DNA of 64,000 nucleotides from an uncultured Cloacibacillus sp. (GTDB lineage Bacteria; Synergistota; Synergistia; Synergistales; Synergistaceae): NCBI GenBank assembly GCA_937934445.1, contig CALGZM010000066.1, positions 152,335 to 216,334 of the forward strand, read 5' to 3'. Shown piece by piece: positions 10,201 to 17,842 of this stretch (position 1 is its first letter; each line of letters starts with the position of its first letter). The notes under the pieces were generated by a model. It saw only the letters and a program-made list of their open reading frames with translations, ran no database searches and was not told where the DNA came from. The position numbers and the translations under genes were made by a program.

Positions 10201-13200
10201 AGCTGCTCCCAATCAAGCGTGACATTAGAGCTATCCTTCGCGTCGATAATCGTCAGCAGAGGGTTCGCGGCAGTGCCGTACTGGATGCCGCCGCCGGCTA
10301 TGCCCAGTTCAGACAGCTGTCCGGCAGTCAAGGCGCTGAAATATCCCTCTGCGTCCGGCAGGAAGGCGTTGAGTATCGGCGTCGTGCCGTCGTAGATGCG
10401 CCAGCTGTCGACGCTGTTGTCAACGGCATTGTCAAACTGGTTATGGAAGATAAAGGAGCCGAATCCTTTATAATTGCCGTCTGTGCCTTTTGTAACGGTG
10501 TTGGTTACTCCTGTTAGATTGATTGGGTCGTCGAATCCGGACTCGTACATTTTTACGTAATAGGAGTTGCTGATGTTGCTTCTAAACTGGGCATAATCGG
10601 TCCTTCCGTATATTGCGCCAAGCCCTTCATTAGTAGGTGTGTATGTTGCATTGCCGCCATTATCTTTTGCGGCGAAGAGGTTGTTCGTCGTGTAGACGTT
10701 GTAGATTTTAAGTTTGCTGTCTTTGTTGTTGTTCCCGATGTCTTCACCTCGGTATGTGCGCACGTATCCTATAATGCCGCCTATTGCGTTTCTTAATGGC
10801 GTGTTAGTATTGTTTTGATTCCCGTACGGCGAGAAGCTCCGTATAGTTCCAAGGTTGTAGGCGTATGAGAGCGTCGATTCCGCGCCGCTATGTGCGCCAG
10901 CTATGCCTCCGACTTGGCTGACGCCGTTTTCTTTGTCATTGTTTACAACGGTGATGTTGCCAGTGTTGAACACGTTCTTAATGTCTCCAGCAGCCCACCA
11001 GCCAACGATTCCGCCGACGGTGCTGTAACCGTTGTAGATTTCACCGGTGTTGTAAGCTTTTGCCAAATCGCCGGAGAGACGTCCAACTACGCCGCCGACA
11101 TGGCGTCCGTAGAATGTGAACTCCTCATCGCCTATCTGCCCGGCGTTGTAGACGTCGTAGAGTACAGCGGAAGCTTTGGAGTCTTCTGTGGTATCGCCGA
11201 CGACGCCGCCCATGTTGAGAGGGTCTCTGCTGTTTTCCTCAACTGCGCGCGTTGACTGAACAGTGCCAAGATTGTAAGAACCTGCAATAGAGCCGTTGTG
11301 CATCATGCCGACGACGCCGCCGACGCCTGTATATCCCTGCACGTCGCCTGTGCTGTAGGAGTTGGCGACTGTGGCGTTTATGTAGACGCCGTTTTCGGAT
11401 GTTTGCACGTCGTCCACTTGGGGCTGCGTTCCGCTGTCTATCTTTCCGACCACGCCGCCGACGTTCGCGGCTTTTGCCGTCTCTGGAATATCAGCGGCAG
11501 CGGTGTCGGTCTGTATTTTCTCAGAATGCACCGTCCCGCGGTTGCCGGAGTTCTTTATCTTTGCGTCGTCGCCGAAGAGGTAACCGACAATGCCGCCGAT
11601 GTTGCCGACGTTGAATAATTCGTCTTCATATTGACTATACGGACGCACTCGTTCTTTGGCGTATCCGGCAGTGTCGTTTTCGCTATATTTTCTTGCGCCA
11701 GTCGCCGTGATGTCGCCGCCGTTGTTGACGCCAACTTCGACGGTGCTTTGCCCTCCTAGATAGCCCGCGATTCCACCGACGTTGTGTGCGCCAGCGACGG
11801 TGTTTTCTTTGTTTTCGGCGTTCGTGATTGTCGTGTTCTCTGCACGCCCGGCTATGCCGCCGACGTTGCCGGCGATGTAGTGGCCGTCGTCTCCGGTCGA
11901 GGTTTTTACGTCGCCGTCGTTGTGGACGTCGGAAATTTTGACGTCTGATGCGTTGCCCGCTATGCCTCCGGCATTCGAAACATTAACCACTATCGTAGCA
12001 AGGCCATCGTTTAATATGGCTCCGTCGAGGTGTTGGCTATCAGCAGCTGTGTGGTAGGAGTAGTCGTCTTTCGTAAGTCCGTTTGCCGTTACGTCGCCAT
12101 AGTTCGCGGCGTTGGTGACGGAGCCGTCGGAGATTGAGCCGACGATGCCGCCGACGTTGTAGCCGCCGGTGACGTTGAGCTGGTTGAATATCTGGAACGC
12201 ATCGGGATTGTCTTGCGTCACTTCGTTGCCTATTGTTGCGTTCGTAACGCTTCCGGCGATGCCGCCGACGCTGCTATTGCCAGTCACGCTCCCTAAGTTG
12301 TAGGTGTCGCCGCCGAGCGTACTGCCTGACATTGAGCCGACTATGCCGCCGGTGTTGGCTTGACCAACAACTTTGCCGATATTGATGAGGCCGGACATCA
12401 CGACATTGTTCTCAGCTTTTCCGACGATGCCGCCCGTTCCGTCGCCGCCTGTCACGTTTCCGGTGTTGGTGACGTTCTCGATTTTACCGCCGACCGCATG
12501 GCCGACCGCCGCGCCGGTGTTCGCGCCGCCTTTTATCTCGCTGGAGTTGAGCGTGAAGTTGCGGATGGTCGAGTCCTTCGCGTAACCGAAAAGGCCGACA
12601 TAATCCTTGTCCTCTTGCTTGATGCTGAGGCCGAATATGCTGTAGCCGAGACCGTCAAAACGTCCGGTGAAGTGGTTGGCGTCGGTTCCTATGGAGTTAA
12701 AGCCTGTGCTGGCGGTGGCGTTCGCGTCGATGGAGTTGCGGAGTGCGTACCAACCGCTTGTGTTCTTGTTCATCCCTTGCAGCTCGGCTAGGTCGTGTAT
12801 CCACGTGTAGCCTTTTTCGAGGTTGTCATTGCCGCCATTTATGGAAAAGCTGTTAAATATATCGACGTCTCTTTCAGAACTCCCGAGGACGACGTTGTCC
12901 TTGTCGGTCGTTATGATGTCTAGCATTTCCGCAAGGCTTCCGTCAGCGACCGGCTGAAGCTCGCCTTCGGCGTTGTCCGCGTATATGCGGTCGGCGTCGA
13001 GGACTATTCTGCCGCCGTCGAAGGTGACGCTCTTCGCGTTGACTATCGCGCCGAGGCTCATGAGTTCGGCGTTGGTATCGGCAACGGAGAGACCTTTTAT
13101 TTCGCTGGCTATGTCCGTAGTGTCATCTATTTTGAGTTTACCATTAGTGATGGCTTCCCCTATATCTTTATTCGTCACGTAGAAGCTTCCGACGTTGATC

Positions 13201-13613
13201 TGGGCGGAGTTGCCTATCTGGACGCCCGCGGGGTTGGCTATAAAGATGTTGCCGCCGAGCGCCGTGAGCTGGCCGTAGATTTCGGAGACGGGGCCGTTCG
13301 TGACGTAATTGAGGGAGTTGAAGCCGTCAGGCCCTTTGAAGTTCACGGTCGCGTCCGCTCCTATCGAGAAGTCGTCCCATTTTATGACGGAGGTTGTGCT
13401 GCCGCCTTGGTTTATCGTCATAGTGTGCGTATCCGTGTCGACTGTAATGCCATCTTTTGTAATACCCACAAAATGCTGTTGACCATCCGTGGGCAGCTGC
13501 GGCAGCTGCGTGTTCGCCGGTATTGCGTAGAGCGGCTGCGCGCCGGTGAGCGAAGTGAAGCAGAGGAGTATCGCGTATGCTATTGCTTTGATGGTTGCGT
13601 GCCGGTGTTTCAT
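4221..13613 (-). CDS. tpsA: Giant two-partner-secretion exoprotein (TpsA / filamentous-hemagglutinin-like adhesin), 3130 aa.
   Basis: Signal peptide, then a TPS/haemagglutination-activity domain (VNFKGPDGFNSLNYV...GNIFIANPAGVQIGNSAQINVGSF). Dozens of glycine-rich GLUG-like repeats (NVGGIAG / GGIVG). C-terminal MBG-like YG(D/T) repeat modules. Sits directly downstream of tpsB. AAGGAG RBS about 9 nt upstream of the ATG. Confidence 0.9.
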   Translation of the reverse strand: MKHRHATIKAIAYAILLCFTSLTGAQPLYAIPANTQLPQLPTDGQQHFVGITKDGITVDTDTHTMTINQGGSTTSVIKWDDFSIGADATVNFKGPDGFNSLNYVTNGPVSEIYGQLTALGGNIFIANPAGVQIGNSAQINVGSFYVTNKDIGEAITNGKLKIDDTTDIASEIKGLSVADTNAELMSLGAIVNAKSVTFDGGRIVLDADRIYADNAEGELQPVADGSLAEMLDIITTDKDNVVLGSSERDVDIFNSFSINGGNDNLEKGYTWIHDLAELQGMNKNTSGWYALRNSIDANATASTGFNSIGTDANHFTGRFDGLGYSIFGLSIKQEDKDYVGLFGYAKDSTIRNFTLNSSEIKGGANTGAAVGHAVGGKIENVTNTGNVTGGDGTGGIVGKAENNVVMSGLINIGKVVGQANTGGIVGSMSGSTLGGDTYNLGSVTGNSSVGGIAGSVTNATIGNEVTQDNPDAFQIFNQLNVTGGYNVGGIVGSISDGSVTNAANYGDVTANGLTKDDYSYHTAADSQHLDGAILNDGLATIVVNVSNAGGIAGNASDVKISDVHNDGDVKTSTGDDGHYIAGNVGGIAGRAENTTITNAENKENTVAGAHNVGGIAGYLGGQSTVEVGVNNGGDITATGARKYSENDTAGYAKERVRPYSQYEDELFNVGNIGGIVGYLFGDDAKIKNSGNRGTVHSEKIQTDTAAADIPETAKAANVGGVVGKIDSGTQPQVDDVQTSENGVYINATVANSYSTGDVQGYTGVGGVVGMMHNGSIAGSYNLGTVQSTRAVEENSRDPLNMGGVVGDTTEDSKASAVLYDVYNAGQIGDEEFTFYGRHVGGVVGRLSGDLAKAYNTGEIYNGYSTVGGIVGWWAAGDIKNVFNTGNITVVNNDKENGVSQVGGIAGAHSGAESTLSYAYNLGTIRSFSPYGNQNNTNTPLRNAIGGIIGYVRTYRGEDIGNNNKDSKLKIYNVYTTNNLFAAKDNGGNATYTPTNEGLGAIYGRTDYAQFRSNISNSYYVKMYESGFDDPINLTGVTNTVTKGTDGNYKGFGSFIFHNQFDNAVDNSVDSWRIYDGTTPILNAFLPDAEGYFSALTAGQLSELGIAGGGIQYGTAANPLLTIIDAKDSSNVTLDWEQLTSSGNASFAVYGGGLTLNHFGTDVGYYRGTLYADGELAINGAVDEAFQLGSSAKLYGTNVEIDANGDAVIYGNVTSTNGGLFINGDDIEIIGKLESSVQDGEKSVKNIAKKMADDLTGFFTKLSNPKEAVSTVSDAYARTTGKAKTDGAITVTASGNADILYGNLATGSVVSGSAFSVTSENGSVYVDSDLGGVKGGISLTADGEALFDISNIAAAGEAQDDQYGAKRLIEFLANHKQDSGNGIKLTSKNDDAILAVDMWEEDSFTLDKFNITGTTFSDAIKGLGDDLAGKTHIWISDADQLKGIQLYKDMHEESGILGYNFALKGNIDATELTDYDAIGGDAGYSGTFDGRDFRIIGLNSDAQDNNSASEGIFSKLSGTVKDLRVYASKFFGNTEGNGNVGAIAAVTDKNAEITGVTTFGNHVEAGAGGNAGGIAGTNAGTITDSAASDSVIANNGAAGGVAGSNAGTIGEAQSGGEDSFITSESAVTSATNADTTNTALGGIVGVNEESGNVYLANSLGVTNGGTAVDNVGGIAGQNHGTMSSLYNESIVSGRNNVGGVAGANDGEMNNAVNTTAITAAGSNVGGIAGTNSGEIDSGRNAGTINGGNYVGGMVGNNGASSVISNLVNSVFAAITGENYVGGIAGDNAGTISGSDNLINYGKIYGQQFVGGIAGINELTGKIENTNTDMTLYAKDSDAKYFGGVAGQNKGTITDASNTGNITAEGASYVGGIVGMNGTEDSVQEGIGNLTGEIINAGNVVGESNVGGIAGINQNSILLQRKDENDKLTLSNAGVVKATDGSAGGIFYENKDAMNWVKLVNSGTVDGGSQSDTGGIFGVNSGSAENSVLTNSGTVNGAGDVGGLFGSNSGDFKNSSLFATVEAKVTGTGNNVGGLIGMNSGKLSKAYNTTYVIGTATFGNAIGNNAADGRISNVYATNADGNLIGENNASEENVTNVYTFAADDDSATKIEDDKQKLSESYNGFNSEWKNYDGSSTPMLDVFLTDLKFNDIGKDGASLADYLKENLVYNGKEQNLYIGEMIEKGFITGPNGWTDAFLAHNNTTNASSPTGDSAMIFNTEGQINANSYSNWLASAQIAGSSDGASFTPNNLGYDISLTAGVQRRTIDISDIAADIIYGGTKFDDVTIGEDGTLLINVVEGDDIYLAYNGQKIVDIAPMINDNLNGEYASNKGNRNTADVKRDQNGNIIAYENAVSIEVSLGGSDKNNYTFVEGTDTYTDTISGKITVNPAELKIALGDVERTYGDTKITKGGYTFDYAEGTTLVNGDEGLSVNTKAVTDDAVLGGKTNDVKEGGYTWKIAATDLTGVENLTQNYNVTVINTGKSSVNKRNLSVTDLIAGIVYGSKEELKLKGSAALEGVAYDDDIVTLETANASLNVIGGSAYETNKGDRDTADTGLYENSLNVTGLALGGGDAGNYELNSDNTGSIQVDKASLEVTLDEVTRIYGTLKPAEGSYKITSVTDMTNGDDENDLTIGNIADGALESASDETRTRDVGKYEWSGVLDGVDNVNKNYAITFTGGESHVKKKPVRMGELWATIVYGDQGGKGLTVNEEASLTGGSIVYGDNVELNFDGTYSVTGAYEENRGARTTADVGRYENSLKADGLVLTGQDAGNYTLADTDAHGSIEVTQAALTVSLNGVSRTYGDTTLTDGAYSVDTNWLHKLVNGDKLIYTGDEISISEFIGDEAVIGEYTNNAGGHSWSAKIDAAALAHNYDINEIATGSSIVNKAKLTVNAGNVETTYGTRFDKGKYYYDLVGVTNGDSDSEIKAQIGDVVYDNTAAIEDGGDRVTGNAGVSGVLSILTNLFGIELGNYEIEAVNEGMATVEKADLFITAHDKLTRVGREPEYTGTTYDELNGSLVNGDDLSGFMHAFGIEDAEMLNNAGHYPGKIGVVVDGLYYYDGTHDWSGHHGVFANYNVNVATGSLHVFVPVPDSSFNYGWLYDDAPYSRKWNFRERKAEIYFQDGGMEYNENM

Positions 13614-13643
13614 TGGTTGTGTTTTCTCCTTTCCGCCGTATCG

Positions 13644-15323
13644 CTAGAACATCTTGTAGACCTGGAACCAGAGGCGGTTGTCGTCGTTCCCGTCTCCCGT
13701 CCTGTCCGGGCGGCCGTTTATTTTCCTTGCGAAGTCGAACTGCGCGTACCAGTCGTTCGGCTTGGACCAGCGGAGGCCGACGCCCCATCCCGCGAGGTGG
13801 TCTATCTCGTTGGTGGGCGACGCCAGGTTTTTGGCCGCTCCGACGTCTACGAAGGCCGCGAGTTCCAGGCCGGGGACGCCGAGCGCGTAGCGTATTTCGC
13901 CTGTGGCGGTATAGCCGGAGTCTCCGTAGCCGTCGCCGTTGGCGTAGGCGCGCACGCCGTTTATGCCGCCGAGGAAGAACTGTTCGCTCCCGTCGAGCGC
14001 GCGGCTAGCAAGCTGGCCCCTGGCCCTCACCCTGGCGTTGAATTTGCCCCAGTACCATATCTTCAGCAGGTCTGCGGTGAATTTATGGTATCCGCCGTCG
14101 TAGTAGGCCCCGCCGTCGGTCGATATGTCTCCGTACCAGTAGATGAAGCTGTACTGTAGGAATTGGTTTATCCCGTAGCGGCTGCCGCTTAGGCCTATGT
14201 GCCAGACGTTCGCGTCTTTGTCCGCCTGCCCGAATCTGATGTTGAAGTCTTTCAGGTCTATGTATTCTTCTATGTCGCGGCGGTCGTAGCCGTATATCAA
14301 TGTGAGGCGGTCCGCCTTGCTGCGGTAGAGCGGCGTAAGGCCGTAGACGCTTACGCCTTTGGATTCGCCTACGCTGTCGGCGGCCAGGCCGTAGATGTAG
14401 CGCATGAAGTCGTAATTGGTCTGGCTGTAGGCTATGCCGAGGCGCGTGCCGCGCGCGCCGATGGGCATTTCGTAGCGGACGCTGTAGTTCTTTGTCTCTT
14501 CGTCCGTTATCATGCCGCTGACGATTATTTTGTCTCCCGTGCGAGTCGGGTTGTTTATTTCCGTGTTGAAGCCGAAGCGGTAGCGTCCGGAGTATCCGCT
14601 TCCGCCGTTGTCTGCGAAGATGTAGTTGTTCCAGACTTTGCGTTTCTGGACTTCGACGTCTATTTTCGTCGTGCCTGGCTTGGAGCCCGGACGGAGTATG
14701 GCGCGGGCCTGGACGCCGGGAAGGTCGTTAAGGTTGTTTATAGCGGTCTCGAGGCGGCGGTCGGTGATTACGTCGCCGTGTTTCAAATAGCTTATATAAC
14801 GGTCGAGGGTCTTGTCGTAGACGTCGGAGGAGTTGACAGTGATCTCTACGTCGTCGTAGGAGGCTACATATATGCGCACTTCAAGCTCGCCGTCCTTGAT
14901 CTCCTGCTCCGGGATGACGGCGAGTGGGATGGTGTAACCGCGCTCGCGGCAGTAGTTTATGATTTCGTCGGTGAGGGATGAAAGCTCGCGGACTTTTACG
15001 CTTCTGCCGCTGTATTTCGCGAGTATAGCGCGCAGCGCGCCTTTGTCGTCGAGCACGGGGTAGCCGGTAAGCTTGACGGACTTGATGAAGAATGCCGGGT
15101 CGTCCTTCGTCCCTGTGTTGCCTTCCCGGTACTCGCCGCTTGCCTCGACCTTACCCTGCTCGACCTCGATGTCCGGCGTACCGGTACGCATGTAGGGGTA
15201 CACGCGCGCGGCCTCCTCGTCGAATGTCGGAAGCGGGGAGCCGGCGGAAGCGGGGGACGCGATGAACGCGCAGAAGCATAAAAGACTTCCTATGAACAAA
15301 TAATGATGCTTCACGTGACACAC
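13644..15323 (-). CDS. tpsB: TpsB (ShlB/FhaC/HecB-family) outer-membrane transporter with POTRA domains and a beta-barrel.
   Basis: Signal peptide; POTRA-like N-terminal region; C-terminal beta-barrel with terminal aromatic residues (...LWFQVYKMF). The start codon is GTG (15323 or 15314). Confidence 0.88.
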   Translation of the reverse strand: MCHVKHHYLFIGSLLCFCAFIASPASAGSPLPTFDEEAARVYPYMRTGTPDIEVEQGKVEASGEYREGNTGTKDDPAFFIKSVKLTGYPVLDDKGALRAILAKYSGRSVKVRELSSLTDEIINYCRERGYTIPLAVIPEQEIKDGELEVRIYVASYDDVEITVNSSDVYDKTLDRYISYLKHGDVITDRRLETAINNLNDLPGVQARAILRPGSKPGTTKIDVEVQKRKVWNNYIFADNGGSGYSGRYRFGFNTEINNPTRTGDKIIVSGMITDEETKNYSVRYEMPIGARGTRLGIAYSQTNYDFMRYIYGLAADSVGESKGVSVYGLTPLYRSKADRLTLIYGYDRRDIEEYIDLKDFNIRFGQADKDANVWHIGLSGSRYGINQFLQYSFIYWYGDISTDGGAYYDGGYHKFTADLLKIWYWGKFNARVRARGQLASRALDGSEQFFLGGINGVRAYANGDGYGDSGYTATGEIRYALGVPGLELAAFVDVGAAKNLASPTNEIDHLAGWGVGLRWSKPNDWYAQFDFARKINGRPDRTGDGNDDNRLWFQVYKMF

Positions 15324-15348
15324 CTTCTCTTTATAAGATAGTTCTTTG

Positions 15349-15447
15349 CCGGTACGGGTTGCACCGTTTTTTCAGATAGTCCTTTACCCCTACGGGTTGC
15401 ACCGTTTTTCAAAAACCCTTTCCCGGTACGGGGTGTACCGTTTATTT
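15349..15447. repeat. Three imperfect direct repeats of about 20-26 bp (core TACGGGTTGCACCGTTTTT) at 36-38 bp spacing, each carrying a CGGTAC/GTACCG-type dyad. They lie in the tpsB leader.
   Basis: Copies at 15353-15371, 15391-15409 and 15427-15447. The third copy forms a perfect CGGTAC-N5-GTACCG dyad. Confidence 0.7.
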
Positions 15448-15496
15448 GTTTTTACGTTTTTCCGCCGCCGGGCTAAGCCTGGCGGACATACGAGGT

Positions 15497-15514
15497 ACGT
15501 AATTTTGCTTACGT
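15497..15514. repeat. Left 18-bp inverted repeat (ACGTAATTTTGCTTACGT) of the candidate invertible switch.
   Basis: Perfect reverse complement of 15813-15830. Confidence 0.85.
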
Positions 15515-15526
15515 TGTACGTTGATT

Positions 15527-15555
15527 ATTTTATTTTATCGCTTATCTAAATTCAA
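15527..15555 (-). promoter_or_regulatory. Sigma70-like promoter inside the invertible segment, reading leftward toward tpsB. -35 TTGAAT, 17-bp spacer, -10 TAAAAT.
   Basis: On the minus strand: TTGAAT (15555-15550), 17 nt, TAAAAT (15532-15527). The predicted TSS is about 10 bp from the left IR and would read out toward tpsBA. Confidence 0.5.
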
Positions 15556-15812
15556 TCCATGAAAGGATAAAATTTATTAGATTGTATGTAATAGATTTAA
15601 ATGTTAGCGTGAATTGGCACGGGCGTATTGCGCTGGTGCTGGCAACGGCATGGCATTTTTTGTACAGAACGCGGCGTAGATCTACGCTTTAGTACAATAC
15701 CGCTTTCTGCACACGGAGTGTCTGCGGGGCGGACACCTGTCTTTCCTGAGTGCACAGAACTTGAGAAGGCATTGGGGTTATTGGAGAGCGCCACGTTAGT
15801 TTTATTCTCGTC

Positions 15813-15830
15813 ACGTAAGCAAAATTACGT
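15813..15830. repeat. Right 18-bp inverted repeat (ACGTAAGCAAAATTACGT) of the candidate invertible switch.
   Basis: Perfect inverted repeat of 15497-15514, bounding a roughly 298-bp AT-rich segment. Confidence 0.85.
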
Positions 15831-15883
15831 GTCGTTGAAACGGTTATGATATGTTATATTTGTAGAAATTAGTTGGAGCAGAT

Positions 15884-15900
15884 ACGTAAGCAAAATTACA
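15884..15900. repeat. Third copy (16/18 identical) of the right inverted repeat. It overlaps the stop codon of the recombinase gene.
   Basis: ACGTAAGCAAAATTACA in the same orientation as 15813-15830. It covers the recombinase's last codon and TAA stop (15896-15898). Confidence 0.75.
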
Positions 15901-16744
15901 TTACAAGCTTCATCTTGTTGAGCTGGCGCAGGTGCTCGCAGCCCGCGGTCGCTATGTAGATGCGCGTCGTCTCTACACTGCTGTGGCCGAGAAGGTCTGC
16001 TAGCTTTGACAGGTCGCGTTCAAGCGCGTAGTAGGTGCGTGCGAAAAGGTGGCGCAGGTTGTGCGGGAATACTTTGCTGGCAGCGACTCCGGCGCGCGCG
16101 CCGAGTTTTTTCATCTCGTACCATACGCGGTGGCGGCTGACCGGCTTGCCTGCTTTGTTGGTGAATATTGGGCCGCACGCCTTGTGCCGCTCCGCCGCAT
16201 AGCGCAGAAGCTTGCGCACGAGCGCCGCGGGGAAGAGTATGCGGCGGCATTTGCCCTTGAGCGTCAGCTCCGCGCGTCCCGCGCGGACGGCTTCCACCGT
16301 TACGAACGCGAGCTCTGATACGCGGATGCCGGTCGAGCATATCGTCTCCATCATGAGCGTGAGGCGGTGGCGTTTTTCTTTCCGCGCCGTCTCTACGAGC
16401 TTCGCGTATTCGGCGCGGCCCAGCTCGCGCCGTTCGTCGCGGAAAGGCGAGCGCTGGCGGCGGAGGAATTTCGCGCGCCACTCCGGACGGCCCGCGAAGG
16501 TCAGCAGGCCGTTGACCGAGGCGAGCATGACGTTGACGGATGAGCTCGCGTATTTGCCCGCGACGAGGCGCTCTTTCCAGCTCAGTACCGCGCCTTTGTC
16601 GATAATTTTGTCCGGCGGCAGAAATTCGTAAAAGCGCAGCAGGTCGCGGCGGTATTTGTCGATGGTGGCAGCGCCGCGCTCGTCTTCCGTAAGGCGCCGA
16701 AGGTAGTTTTCGATAAGCTGCGGTGTTAGTGTCATGTGGATCAT
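15896..16744 (-). CDS. Tyrosine site-specific recombinase (XerC/XerD/phage-integrase family), candidate invertase.
   Basis: N-terminal SAM-like core-binding domain. C-terminal catalytic domain with R...HxLRH...Y (HNLRHLFARTY...RIYI). Immediately adjacent to the inverted repeats. Confidence 0.88.
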   Translation of the reverse strand: MIHMTLTPQLIENYLRRLTEDERGAATIDKYRRDLLRFYEFLPPDKIIDKGAVLSWKERLVAGKYASSSVNVMLASVNGLLTFAGRPEWRAKFLRRQRSPFRDERRELGRAEYAKLVETARKEKRHRLTLMMETICSTGIRVSELAFVTVEAVRAGRAELTLKGKCRRILFPAALVRKLLRYAAERHKACGPIFTNKAGKPVSRHRVWYEMKKLGARAGVAASKVFPHNLRHLFARTYYALERDLSKLADLLGHSSVETTRIYIATAGCEHLRQLNKMKLVM

Positions 16745-16804
16745 CCCTTCTTTTATAATGTAAATGATGTAAGGCCCGCCGGTTCGATTTTATCGCGGCG
16801 TATG

Positions 16805-16838
16805 AAAAAACGCGCCCTTCCTTTGACGGAAGGGCGCG
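16805..16838 (-). terminator. Rho-independent terminator downstream of gpmA copy 1.
   Basis: Minus-sense GCGCCCTTCC-gtcaaa-GGAAGGGCGCG followed by TTTTTT. A homologous hairpin with compensatory changes follows copy 2 at about 45001-45035. Confidence 0.7.
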
Positions 16839-16863
16839 TCGTGCGTTTCGCGCTGTCTTTGCG

Positions 16864-17613
16864 TTACTGTTTCGCCTTGCCCTGGTTGGCGACCGCCGCC
16901 TGCGCCGCCGCTATAGCCTCGGCGTCCCCAAGGTAGTAATGCTTTATAGGCTTCAGCCCATCGTCCAGCTCATAGACGAGCGGCACGCCGGTCGGTATAT
17001 TCAGCTCCACGATATCCTGCTCCGACACGCCGTCGAGATACTTGACAAGCGCGCGCAGGCTGTTGCCGTGCGCGGCGATGATGATGCGCTTACCCGCGCG
17101 GATATCCGGCGCTATGGCCTCCTCCCAGTAAGGGACGACGCGCGCGACCGTATCTGCAAGGCACTCGCCTAGCGACAGCTCGTCAGGCGCAATGCCCGCG
17201 TAACGCGCCTCATGCCCAGGCCAGCGCTCGTCCCCCCGTTCAAGCAGAGGAGGACGCGTCGCGTAACTGCGCCGCCAGATCTTCACCTGTGCGTCGCCGT
17301 ACTTAGCAGCAGTCTCCGCCTTATTAAGCCCCTGCAAAGCGCCGTAATGGCGTTCGTTTAACTTCCACGACTTCTCGACAGGGATCCACATCAAATCAGT
17401 CTCTTCCAGCACGCACCATAGAGTTTTGATAGCGCGCCGCAGCACAGAAGTAAACGCCTTATCGAAAACATACCCCTCGTCCCTAAGCAGCCCGCCCGCG
17501 GCCTTAGCCTCTGCGAGCCCCTTGTCGGAAAGCGGCACATCCTGCCACCCCGTAAAACGGTTCTCCTTATTCCACGAACTCTCCCCGTGTCGTATCAAAA
17601 CAAGCTTATACAT
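16864..17613 (-). CDS. gpmA: 2,3-bisphosphoglycerate-dependent phosphoglycerate mutase (copy 1).
   Basis: LIRHGESxWN catalytic-His motif; 249 aa; typical dPGM length and motifs. Confidence 0.9.
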   Translation of the reverse strand: MYKLVLIRHGESSWNKENRFTGWQDVPLSDKGLAEAKAAGGLLRDEGYVFDKAFTSVLRRAIKTLWCVLEETDLMWIPVEKSWKLNERHYGALQGLNKAETAAKYGDAQVKIWRRSYATRPPLLERGDERWPGHEARYAGIAPDELSLGECLADTVARVVPYWEEAIAPDIRAGKRIIIAAHGNSLRALVKYLDGVSEQDIVELNIPTGVPLVYELDDGLKPIKHYYLGDAEAIAAAQAAVANQGKAKQ

Positions 17614-17842
17614 AGAGGCACCTCCGCGTCGAGTGAAATAAATCGTTTCCCACGCCGCTTCAAATTGTCCGACGGCGCGGGCGGCTTGTCAAGGCGGAGG
17701 ACAGGAGGCTATATCGATAACAGTATAGCGATATAAAAATTCCGTATCTTCTAAAAGGGAAGAGTAGGGATAGAATATGAAACGTGAAAGAAATAACTAA
17801 TGCGCCGGACAAAAGACGGCGCTAGGCAGGAGGAGATAAATT

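Larger units (their letters stand above)
16805..17690. repeat. 0.9-kb near-identical direct duplication (copy 1), comprising gpmA plus its terminator and about 75 bp upstream.
   Basis: About 99% identical to 45005-45890. All differences inside the CDS are synonymous. Confidence 0.9.

Noticed and set aside
16805-17690. The possibility that the gpmA duplication is purely an assembly artefact.
   Set aside because: I did not reject this outright. The two copies differ at about 8 synonymous positions and have distinct flanks and compensatory terminator-stem changes. That argues for two real loci, but read-level confirmation is needed.
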